The position numbers and the translations under genes are program-made. Shown here in pieces: positions 14,559 to 22,152 of a DNA stretch of 32,000 bases (its first letter is position 1; the number at the start of each line of letters is the position of its first letter). Source of the DNA: an archaeon (GTDB lineage Archaea > Iainarchaeota > Iainarchaeia > Iainarchaeales > 1-14-0-10-31-34); NCBI GenBank assembly GCA_024277355.1, contig JAJRVL010000011.1, forward strand, positions 60,001-92,000, given 5' to 3'. The notes under the pieces were generated by a model that saw nothing but the letters and a program-made list of their open reading frames with translations, made no database searches and was not told the DNA's origin.

Positions 14559-15775
14559 TAAACAACCTCTTTGTAAATTTCAAGGCATTGATCTGCAACA
14601 GAACCCCAACTAAAAGACTGAAGTTCAGTAAAAGCATTATGTTTTAGTTCATGCGAAAGAGAACCATGTTCTAATACCCCAATTATTTTATTTGTTAATT
14701 GATTTACATCCCAAAAATCAACTTTAAAGCAATGATTAATCACTTCACTTACTCCTGATTGTTTTGAAATAATCACAGGATTCTTAGAAGCCATTGCCTC
14801 TAATGCAGTCAAACCAAAAGGCTCTGAAACAGAAGGCATAACAAACAAATCTGCAATAGAATAAAATTGTTTTACATTGTCTTGAAAACCAGAAAAAGAA
14901 ATTTTATCTGAAATGCCCATTGCAATAGCTTTATTGATTAAAGAAGAAAGCATGTCTCCGTCTCCAACAATAACAAAACGAGTATTAGGTTTAAATTGAA
15001 GAACTTGATATGCTGCTTCAAGAAACCAGTCAGGACCTTTTTGAATAGTTAATCTTCCTAAAAACAAAACAACTTTTTCATTTAAAGCAAAATTAGAATT
15101 ATCCACGATATAACTTGATTTATCTATTCCATTGTATACTACTTGAATTTTTTGTTCAGGAATATTATATCTTTCAATTAACTGGTTTTTCATGTAATTG
15201 CTTATTGTAATTACTTTATCTGCTTCAATTAAGCCGTTTCTTTCAACTTTACAGATTTTTTCATTAGGAAACTGATTTCCTGTCCTGTCAAATTCAGTTG
15301 AATGAATAGTAACAATTAAGGGCTTGTTTTTTGCTTTTTTTAATGCAATTCCTGCAGGAAAAGTCATCCAATCATGACAATGGATTACATCACAAGGTTT
15401 TGAAGTCATTTTTTTCACTGCAGAAACAGTATAACTTTTAACTTTAGAGAAAAAATCCATTCCATAAGCATTAATGTTTTTTTCAGCTTCATGCCTTTCA
15501 AGATCACTTTTAACTTCCTCAGAATAAATAATGTTATTTGAAGGAGAATAAGGATGAAAATCAAAGCCTTCAATTTCAATTAAATCTAAATGAGCATAAT
15601 CTTCTGCCTGAACAACTTCAATAAAACCCGGATTAATTTTTACGCCAGTAGAAGGCATAACAAAAGTAACTTTAGTTCCTTTTTTAGATAAAGCTTTAGT
15701 AAAACCAAATAAATAAGTGCCTAAACCTCCAGATTTAAATGGAGGAAACTCCCAACCAAGCATTAAAACATTCAT
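14558..15775 (-). CDS. glgA: GT-B glycosyltransferase, archaeal glycogen synthase (GlgA)-like
   Basis: The ATG at 15775 gives MNVLMLGWEFPPFKSGGLGTY, a GlgA-type N-terminal KxGGL motif. The C-terminal domain has VMPSVSEPFGLTALEAM (GT-B E-x7-E region). The first 11 codons of the ORF-track version were trimmed. Confidence 0.75.
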   Translation of the reverse strand: MNVLMLGWEFPPFKSGGLGTYLFGFTKALSKKGTKVTFVMPSTGVKINPGFIEVVQAEDYAHLDLIEIEGFDFHPYSPSNNIIYSEEVKSDLERHEAEKNINAYGMDFFSKVKSYTVSAVKKMTSKPCDVIHCHDWMTFPAGIALKKAKNKPLIVTIHSTEFDRTGNQFPNEKICKVERNGLIEADKVITISNYMKNQLIERYNIPEQKIQVVYNGIDKSSYIVDNSNFALNEKVVLFLGRLTIQKGPDWFLEAAYQVLQFKPNTRFVIVGDGDMLSSLINKAIAMGISDKISFSGFQDNVKQFYSIADLFVMPSVSEPFGLTALEAMASKNPVIISKQSGVSEVINHCFKVDFWDVNQLTNKIIGVLEHGSLSHELKHNAFTELQSFSWGSVADQCLEIYKEVV

Positions 15776-15929
15776 ATAATCAACCACTAACCTGCATGAT
15801 TTTCTCATAATTGTGCAGTTGGGTTACTAAAAAAACACAAGTCAATACTGCAAGGTAATATATGGGCTTAAGTTAAATAAAAGAGTTTGTGTTTGGAAAA
15901 ATTAACCAAAAAAATAAAACAAAAAAAGA

Positions 15930-15940
15930 TTTATACATAA
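15930..15940 (+). promoter_or_regulatory. TATA-like box TTTATACATAA (copy 1 of 3)
   Basis: GATTTATACATAATTTTACA sits in the glgA/pfkB divergent intergenic region, 56 nt upstream of the pfkB ATG. It is nearly identical to the 23749..23767 copy. Confidence 0.5.
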
Positions 15941-15985
15941 TTTTACACAAAAACAATAAATACAATTACTTCGTATTCTTAAAGA

Positions 15986-16942
15986 ATGAAACCAAAAATT
16001 GCTTGTATTGGTTCTGCTACAGAAGACATTTTTGTTAAAACAGATGAATTTCATTTCAGAAAAGACAAAACCCATAAAGGAACAGATTTATGCCTTAAAT
16101 TAGGCAAAAAATTTGATATAGATGAAATTCACTTTGATTTTGGCGGAGGGGCATTAAATACTTCTTTAGGATTTAAAAAAATGGGTTTTGACACAAATGT
16201 ACTGGTTTCTTTAGGAAATGATTCAACTGCAAAAAAAATTGAAATAATTCTTAAAATGGAAAAAATTAATTTAATTAAAGTTCAGTCAGACAAAGAAACC
16301 GGTTTTTCAATTATATTCAGGAAACCTAAAGGAGACAGAACAATAATGACTTACCGAGGAGCAAACAATAAATGGAATGAAAAAGAAGTTGAATGGAATA
16401 AACTAAAAAAAATGAACTGGATTTACCTTTGTTCATTTGGAACTAATATTAAGTTTTTAGAAAAAATTGCTTTTTTCTGCAAAAAACACAAAATCAAATT
16501 AGTCTTTAATCCTGGTTTATCTCAAAGAAAACTTAAATTAGACAAAATGAAAAACATAGTAAAAAACTGTTATTCAATAATTTTGAATAAAGAAGAAATA
16601 ACTGAATGGACAAAAAAAAGAAATGAAATGGATGCAATGAGAGAATTAAATGAATTAGGAACAAAAATTATTGTGACAACAGACGGAAGAAAAGGAAGTT
16701 CTGCTTTTAATGGAAAAAAGTTTTTTAAACAAAAAGGATTTGATGTAAAAAGAGAAGATGTAACAGGAGCAGGAGATGCTTTTTCTGTTGGATTTATTGC
16801 AGGAATGGAAAAGAAAAAAAACATTAAAGACGCATTAAAAATTGGAACAGCTAATGCCTGTTCAACTATAACTAAAATCGGCGCACACAACGGAATATTA
16901 TCTTTTCCTAAATCAGAAGAATTTGTAAAAAAACATCAATGA
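15986..16942 (+). CDS. PfkB-family (ribokinase-like) sugar kinase
   Basis: 318 aa. Has the N-terminal GGGALNTS motif and PfkB signature 2, DVTGAGDAFSVGFIAG. Substrate unknown. Confidence 0.85.
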   Translation: MKPKIACIGSATEDIFVKTDEFHFRKDKTHKGTDLCLKLGKKFDIDEIHFDFGGGALNTSLGFKKMGFDTNVLVSLGNDSTAKKIEIILKMEKINLIKVQSDKETGFSIIFRKPKGDRTIMTYRGANNKWNEKEVEWNKLKKMNWIYLCSFGTNIKFLEKIAFFCKKHKIKLVFNPGLSQRKLKLDKMKNIVKNCYSIILNKEEITEWTKKRNEMDAMRELNELGTKIIVTTDGRKGSSAFNGKKFFKQKGFDVKREDVTGAGDAFSVGFIAGMEKKKNIKDALKIGTANACSTITKIGAHNGILSFPKSEEFVKKHQ

Positions 16943-17226
16943 CGTTTTGGTTTTATTGGATTTCGTATTCTGGAAATTGTTCTTTTTAATTTTAAGTTAT
17001 ATGCTTTGTGTTTTCTTTTTAAATAAATTTTATAATCAATTTTATTTAAATGTTTCTGAAACCATTGCTCTTTTGCAAAAGCTATTGAATGATTTTTGTT
17101 TTTTGCATTCCATCGGAATTCATTGAATTCTTTTTCAAACGCTTCTTTTGTAGGCCATGTTTTTTTGTCTGCCCCATATTTAAAAAAAGGTGCAAAAACT
17201 TTTTTTCCATTTAATTTAACATACAT
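16936..17226 (-). CDS. Small basic hypothetical protein
   Basis: 96-aa ORF that converges on and overlaps the pfkB stop by 7 nt. A TATA-like GAAAATTTAAATG sits about 25 nt upstream of its ATG. No recognisable motif. Confidence 0.4.
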   Translation of the reverse strand: MYVKLNGKKVFAPFFKYGADKKTWPTKEAFEKEFNEFRWNAKNKNHSIAFAKEQWFQKHLNKIDYKIYLKRKHKAYNLKLKRTISRIRNPIKPKRH

Positions 17227-17245
17227 TAAAATAAATTATTGACTT

Positions 17246-17291
17246 GAAAATTTAAATGTTTTTCGAATATCTTCCAGAAAAATTTAAATAG
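17246..17291. promoter_or_regulatory. Pair of GAAAA(A)TTTAAAT boxes serving divergent genes
   Basis: GAAAATTTAAATG (17246..17258) lies about 25 nt from the minus-strand ATG at 17226. GAAAAATTTAAATAG (17277..17291) lies about 30 nt from the plus-strand ATG at 17319. Confidence 0.45.
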
Positions 17292-17318
17292 TAAAAGAAT
17301 AATAGTATTAGTGATTAA

Positions 17319-17717
17319 ATGAAATTCTTTGAAGATTTAATTAAAAAACTAAAAAAAGAAACTAAATTTTTGTTTAACGGAATGAATACATATGAACTGC
17401 AGAGAACTAAAGGAAGCGAGTGTGCTGCAGTATTGTTAAGCGAAGTAAAACATTCTGATCATTATTTTTATTTGGATTCCAGTATTGCAATTAAAAGTTT
17501 ATGCGAATTATCCGACCATTTACAGGAAATGGATGCAGAAACATTCAGTAAACATGTAAATGAAGAAAAAAATGATTTTAGTGCGTGGGTTTCAAATACA
17601 ATTGGCGACAAGACTTTAGGAAAAAAAATGAATGAATTAAAAGAACAGGATGAAATTGCCAAAGCAGTTGAAATTAGAGTTAATTACATTAAAAGAAGAG
17701 CACAAAATAATTACTGA
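17319..17717 (+). CDS. Hypothetical protein
   Basis: 132 aa with start context GTGATTAAATG. Shows the pattern YFYLDSSIAIKSLCELSDHLQEMDAETFSKHVNEEKNDFSAWV. This may correspond to a small family seen next to glycosyltransferases (low-confidence recollection). Confidence 0.5.
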   Translation: MKFFEDLIKKLKKETKFLFNGMNTYELQRTKGSECAAVLLSEVKHSDHYFYLDSSIAIKSLCELSDHLQEMDAETFSKHVNEEKNDFSAWVSNTIGDKTLGKKMNELKEQDEIAKAVEIRVNYIKRRAQNNY

Positions 17718-17722
17718 TTTTT

Positions 17723-17995
17723 ATGCATTTAATGCTGAAAGAAAAAGAAATTCTTGTAAGTATTTTAGATGAACCAAAAACAATTGAAGAAATACAATTA
17801 AAAGTTTTTTTAAGTTTTGGAGAAACAAGAGAATTAATAAGAAAACTAATTAAAGAAAAAAAAATTTCAAGAGAAAAAAGTTTTCCTGTAAAATATTCAG
17901 TTAAAAAAGAATTAAGAAAAAGCATTAAAGAAATTAAAAGAAAACTTGACTGGACTGAATTAGTTTCTGATGCGTGTTTTGTTTGTGATTACTAA
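17723..17995 (+). CDS. Small putative winged-helix protein ending in CxxC
   Basis: 90 aa. The EKEILVSILDEPKTIEEIQLKV...TRELIRKLIKEKKI segment is wHTH-like, and the C-terminus is DACFVCDY followed by TAA. Confidence 0.45.
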   Translation: MHLMLKEKEILVSILDEPKTIEEIQLKVFLSFGETRELIRKLIKEKKISREKSFPVKYSVKKELRKSIKEIKRKLDWTELVSDACFVCDY

Positions 17996-18007
17996 AAAGT
18001 GAATTCA

Positions 18008-18112
18008 ATGACTGAAGAATTTGAAAACCAATTAAAAAAATTAGATGAAAGAATTAAAAAAGACTTAAAAAAAGAAAAGTCAATTCCTTCCTGCATTAGA
18101 TGCTGTAAATAA
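18008..18112 (+). CDS. 34-aa ORF ending in CxxCC, in the same frame as the preceding gene
   Basis: Encodes MTEEFENQLKKLDERIKKDLKKEKSIPSCIRCCK*. It is separated from 17723..17995 by one TAA and 4 sense codons, in the same reading frame. Confidence 0.3.
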   Translation: MTEEFENQLKKLDERIKKDLKKEKSIPSCIRCCK

Positions 18113-18122
18113 AAAAAATAGT

Positions 18123-20756
18123 TTACTTTTTTTCTTTTATTTTTGCCTGAGCTGCAGCTAATCTTGCAATTGGAACCCTAAAAGGCGAACAAGAAACATA
18201 ACTTAAACCTAAAGAATGACAGAATTCAATTGAAGCAGGATCTCCTCCGTGTTCCCCGCAGATTCCTAACTTAATATTTTCTTTTGCTTTTTTTGCATGA
18301 CCTACTGCAATTTCCATTAATTTTCCTACTCCTGAAATATCAACTGAAACAAAAGGAGAAACAGAAAAAATTTTTTCTTCAAAATATTTATTGAAAAATT
18401 TTCCTTCAACATCGTCTCTAGAAAAACCAAAAGTAGTCTGAGTTAAATCATTTGTTCCAAAAGAAAAAAAATCCGCATGCTCTGCAATTTCATCTGCAGT
18501 TAAAGCAGCTCTAGGTAATTCAATCATTGTCCCAATAGGAATATTATTTTCAGGAATTAAATCAGATAAAACTTTTTCTACTTTTTTTCTTGACAATTCA
18601 AGTTCTTTTGCTATTCCAACTAAAGGAATCATTATTTCAGGTTTAGGTGAAAGCCCTTTATTTTTCAAATTTAATGCAGCTTCAGCTATTGCTCTGGTTT
18701 GCATTTCAATTATTTCAGGATAAACTATTCCAATCCTGCATCCTCTAAAACCAAGCATTGGGTTAACTTCATGTAATTCTTTTATTTTAATTAATAAAGC
18801 TTTTTTTACTGCAATTTCTTCTAAAACGTCAGAGTTATTTAAATCTCTTTTTCTTTTTAATCGGTTTATTTCTCTTAATAATTTTTCTTTTGAAGGCAAA
18901 AATTCATGTAAAGGAGGATCAATTAAACGAATTGTAACAGGAAAGCCATCCATTGCCTCAAAAATTTCTTCAAAATCTTTTCTCTGCATTTTTTCTAATT
19001 CATCTAAATGTTTTTTTCTTTCATCAAAAGAAGAACTTAAAATCATTTTCTGAACAATAGGAAGTCTTTTAGCGTCAAAAAACATGTGTTCAGTTCTGCA
19101 TAAGCCGATTCCTTTAGCTCCTAATTCAACTGCTTTTTTTGCGTCTTTTGGAGTATCAGCATTAGTTCTTACTCCTAAAGTTTTAATTTCATCACTCCAT
19201 TCAAGAATAGTAGAAAAAAACTTATATGGTTCAGGTTCAATTAATTTAATTTCCCCTAAAAAAACTTTTCCTGTTGTACCGTCAATTGAAATAAAATCTC
19301 CTTGATTTAATTCAGTTCCCTCAACTTTAAGGGTTTTAGTTGAATAATCAATTTTTATTTCTTCGCATCCAACAACACAAGGTTTGCCCATTCCTCTTGC
19401 AACAACAGCAGCATGAGAAGTGTTTCCTCCTCTGCAAGTTAAAATTCCTTTTGATGCAATCATTCCATGAATATCTTCAGGAGAAGTTTCATGTCTGACT
19501 AAAATTACGTTTCCTTTTTCGCTTTCTTTTTCAGCTGTATTTGCATCAAAAAACATTCTCCCTGATGCAGCCCCGGGAGAAGCATTTAACCCTAAAGCAA
19601 TTTCATTTAATTTTTGTTTTGGGTCAATTCTTTTATGGAGCAGTTGATTTAAATCTAAAGGATTAATTCTCAGTAAAGCTTCTTGTTTTGAAATTAGTTT
19701 TTCTTCAACTAATTCAACTGCAATTCTAACTGCTGCCTGACCGGTTCTTTTTCCGTTTCTGGTCTGCAGTAAAAATAATTTTTTGTCTTCAATAGTAAAT
19801 TCAGTGTCCTGCATGTCTTTGTAGTGTTTTTCTAATTTTTCGCATACAGACTTAAATTCTTCAAAAACTTCAGGCATTACTTCATTTAATTCAGCAATTA
19901 TTCTTGGAGTACGGATTCCTGCAACAACATCCTCGCCTTGAGCATTTAACAAAAATTCTCCATATAATTTTTTTATTCCATTAGAAGGGTTTCTGGTAAA
20001 ACACACTCCTGTCCCTGAAGTTTCGCCTAAATTTCCAAAAACCATTTCCTGAATTACTACTCCAGTTCCCCATGAATCAGGAATTTTATTTAATTTACGA
20101 TAAGTTATTGCTCGTTTATTATTCCATGAATTAAATACAGCCTTAACCGCTAAAATTAATTGTTGTTTTGGTTCTTCAGGAAAAGTGTTTTTTGTTTCTT
20201 GTTCAACTAAATTTTTGTATTCTTTAATTATTTTTTTTAGTGATTCAGCAGTTAAATCACAGTCTTTTGTTGTTTCTGTATTTTGTTTTTCTTTTTCTAA
20301 GATTTCTTCAAATTTATCGTGTTCTAAATTTAATACAACATTAGAAAACATCTGAATAAATCTTCTGTAAGAATCTAATACAAATCTTTCATTTTTTGTT
20401 TTTTCAATCATTGATTTAATTGTTTTTTCATTTAATCCAAGATTTAATACTGTATCCATCATTCCAGGCATTGAGGTTCTTGCACCACTTCTAACTGAAA
20501 CTAATAAGGGGTTTTCTCCTGAAAACTGTTTTTTTGTTTGTTTTTCTAATTGCATTAAAGAGTCATTTAATTCTTGTTCTAATCCTTCAGGGAAATCATT
20601 TGAATCAAAAAAATTAATACAAGCTTGAGTTGAAATCACAAAACCTTTAGGGACAGGCAAACCTAATTTAGTCATTTCACATAAATTGCTTCCTTTTCCT
20701 CCTAAAAGGTTTTTCATTTCTTTGCTTCCTTCCTCAAAAAAATAAATATACTTCAA
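18123..20756 (-). CDS. ppdK: Pyruvate, phosphate dikinase
   Basis: 877 aa. The N-terminus (M)KYIYFFEEGSKEMKNLLGGKGSNLCEM aligns with the PPDK consensus, which supports the TTG start at 20756. Has the phosphohistidine signature GGNTSHAAVVARGMGKPCV and C-terminal PEP-utilizer motifs (FFSFGTNDLTQ). Confidence 0.95.
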   Translation of the reverse strand: MKYIYFFEEGSKEMKNLLGGKGSNLCEMTKLGLPVPKGFVISTQACINFFDSNDFPEGLEQELNDSLMQLEKQTKKQFSGENPLLVSVRSGARTSMPGMMDTVLNLGLNEKTIKSMIEKTKNERFVLDSYRRFIQMFSNVVLNLEHDKFEEILEKEKQNTETTKDCDLTAESLKKIIKEYKNLVEQETKNTFPEEPKQQLILAVKAVFNSWNNKRAITYRKLNKIPDSWGTGVVIQEMVFGNLGETSGTGVCFTRNPSNGIKKLYGEFLLNAQGEDVVAGIRTPRIIAELNEVMPEVFEEFKSVCEKLEKHYKDMQDTEFTIEDKKLFLLQTRNGKRTGQAAVRIAVELVEEKLISKQEALLRINPLDLNQLLHKRIDPKQKLNEIALGLNASPGAASGRMFFDANTAEKESEKGNVILVRHETSPEDIHGMIASKGILTCRGGNTSHAAVVARGMGKPCVVGCEEIKIDYSTKTLKVEGTELNQGDFISIDGTTGKVFLGEIKLIEPEPYKFFSTILEWSDEIKTLGVRTNADTPKDAKKAVELGAKGIGLCRTEHMFFDAKRLPIVQKMILSSSFDERKKHLDELEKMQRKDFEEIFEAMDGFPVTIRLIDPPLHEFLPSKEKLLREINRLKRKRDLNNSDVLEEIAVKKALLIKIKELHEVNPMLGFRGCRIGIVYPEIIEMQTRAIAEAALNLKNKGLSPKPEIMIPLVGIAKELELSRKKVEKVLSDLIPENNIPIGTMIELPRAALTADEIAEHADFFSFGTNDLTQTTFGFSRDDVEGKFFNKYFEEKIFSVSPFVSVDISGVGKLMEIAVGHAKKAKENIKLGICGEHGGDPASIEFCHSLGLSYVSCSPFRVPIARLAAAQAKIKEKK

Positions 20757-20887
20757 TTCAAATCCCCCTTAAACAAAATCATGTAAAACTTCATAAAAAG
20801 TATGAAAACTTAGATAAAGAAAGCTTTTAAACCAAATGTTTAACTAAAAAAAGCAATTCATTTAAACTATTAAGAACTGAATATTAC

Positions 20888-20892
20888 AGGAG
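20888..20892 (+). promoter_or_regulatory. Shine-Dalgarno-like AGGAG upstream of dxr
   Basis: acAGGAGattaaATG, with a 5-nt spacer. Confidence 0.5.
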
Positions 20893-20897
20893 ATTAA

Positions 20898-21914
20898 ATG
20901 AAAAAAATAAGTATTTTAGGTTCAACCGGAAGCATCGGAACACAGACTTTAGATGTAGTAAGACAGCATTCTGATGAATTCAAAGTTTTAGGGTTAGCTG
21001 CGTTTAATGAAATAGACAAAATAATTGAACAAATTAATGAATTTAAGCCGGAAAAAGTCTGTTTGTTTGATGAAAAATCAGCTGAAGAGTTAGCAAAAAA
21101 AACTGATGTTGAAGTTGTTTCAGGGATGCAGGGATTAAAAGAAATTGCAGTAATAGAAGAAATTGAGCAGACAATTGTTTCAGTTGTAGGTGCAATAGGA
21201 ATTGAGCCGACAATGCATGCAATAAAAAAAGGAAAAAATATTGCTTTAGCAAATAAAGAAACTTTAGTTTCAGCAGGACAGCCAATAATGAAAGAAGTCA
21301 AAAAACAAGGAATTGTATTAATGCCAATTGATTCAGAGCATTCAGCTATATTTCAATGTTTGAATGGAGAGGAAAGAAAAAAAGTTTCAAAAGTTTTAAT
21401 TACTTGTTCTGGCGGGCCGTTTAGAGGGAAAAAAATTTCTGATTTTTATAATGCAACTCCTGAACAGGCTTTAGGACATCCAACATGGAGTATGGGTTCA
21501 AAAATTACAATTGATTCTTCAACTTTAATGAATAAAGGCCTGGAAGTATTGGAAGCAAAATGGCTGTATGATTTAGAATTAGAAGAAATTGAAGTAGTAA
21601 TTCATCCTCAAAGTTTAATTCATTCAATGGTTGAATTTACTGACGGGAGTATTATGGCTCAAATTGGAACACACGATATGCGTACTCCCATCCAATATGC
21701 TTTAACTTATCCAAAAAGATTAACAAATGAATTTCCAAGATTAAATTTATTTGAAAACAATAATTTAACTTTTGAAAAACCTGATTACAAAAATTTTCCG
21801 TGTTTAGGTTTTGCTTTTGAAGCAGGAAAACAAAAAGGAACTTTAGCTTCAGCAATGAATGCAGCAAATGAAATTGCTGTCTGGAGTTTTTTAGATAAAA
21901 AAATCAAGTACTGA
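20898..21914 (+). CDS. dxr: 1-deoxy-D-xylulose-5-phosphate reductoisomerase, ended early by an in-frame TGA
   Basis: Motifs present: ILGSTGSIGTQTLDV (NADPH site), LANKETLV, PIDSEHSAIFQC, GHPTWSMG, NKGLEVLEA and HPQSLIHSMVEF. AGGAG sits 5 nt upstream of the ATG. The ORF stops at 338 aa inside the conserved ANEIAVWSFLDKKIKY segment. Confidence 0.85.
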   Translation: MKKISILGSTGSIGTQTLDVVRQHSDEFKVLGLAAFNEIDKIIEQINEFKPEKVCLFDEKSAEELAKKTDVEVVSGMQGLKEIAVIEEIEQTIVSVVGAIGIEPTMHAIKKGKNIALANKETLVSAGQPIMKEVKKQGIVLMPIDSEHSAIFQCLNGEERKKVSKVLITCSGGPFRGKKISDFYNATPEQALGHPTWSMGSKITIDSSTLMNKGLEVLEAKWLYDLELEEIEVVIHPQSLIHSMVEFTDGSIMAQIGTHDMRTPIQYALTYPKRLTNEFPRLNLFENNNLTFEKPDYKNFPCLGFAFEAGKQKGTLASAMNAANEIAVWSFLDKKIKY

Positions 21915-22043
21915 GAAATCCCGGAAATAATTAAACAAGTAATGGATTTACATAAAAATACTTTAAATCCTTCTTTAGAGGATTCACTTGAAGCAGATAA
22001 AAAAGCAAGAGAAACAGCAAAAAAAATAATAGAAGAAAAATGA
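21915..22043 (+). other. In-frame continuation encoding the missing Dxr C-terminal region
   Basis: Directly after the TGA at 21912..21914 and in the same frame comes EIPEIIKQVMDLHKNTLNPSLEDSLEADKKARETAKKIIEEK*. This matches the usual Dxr tail pattern (..I..ii..v.......sledvl..D..AR..A). The joined length is 381 codons, typical for Dxr. Confidence 0.7.
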
Positions 22044-22152
22044 GAAAAAATGAAAAAACAGCAGAGTATTCAGTTATTCAGTAATTGATAATTTAATAAA
22101 CAAAACAAAAAGAAATTTAAGCATTAAAAGAGTTTAATTACAAAGTGATGAA

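Noticed and set aside
15776-15985. The longest intergenic region (210 nt) as a possible ncRNA or riboswitch; it contains TGCAGT...ACTGCA and is slightly more GC-rich.
   Set aside because: Only a 6-bp stem with a 27-nt loop is present, with no recognisable riboswitch or sRNA architecture. The region is adequately explained by two divergent promoters.
20894-21301. 135-aa ORF antisense to dxr. Similar antisense or shadow ORFs occur at 213..437, 802..1023, 1243..1581, 3730..4113, 11192..11578, 16570..16890, 19084..19305, 24056..24271, 25619..25987 and 26488..26691.
   Set aside because: Each lies entirely opposite a gene with strong motif support. Their products are low-complexity F/L/I/S-rich, as expected from reading A-rich coding sequence backwards. 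None has a plausible promoter or SD.
21912-21914. Genome-wide UGA reassignment (UGA read as Trp or Gly) or selenocysteine at the dxr TGA.
   Set aside because: TGA ends several genes at their expected lengths (4923, 8687, 11170, 22840, 23707, 22041). The aligned Dxr position is a variable, non-catalytic residue. I see no obvious stable hairpin nearby that could act as a SECIS element, though I could not run a formal SECIS search.
22050-22075. Tandem 8-mer TATTCAGT-TATTCAGT after the dxr continuation.
   Set aside because: It is a single short duplication with no further copies or associated structure, and is probably a slippage remnant.
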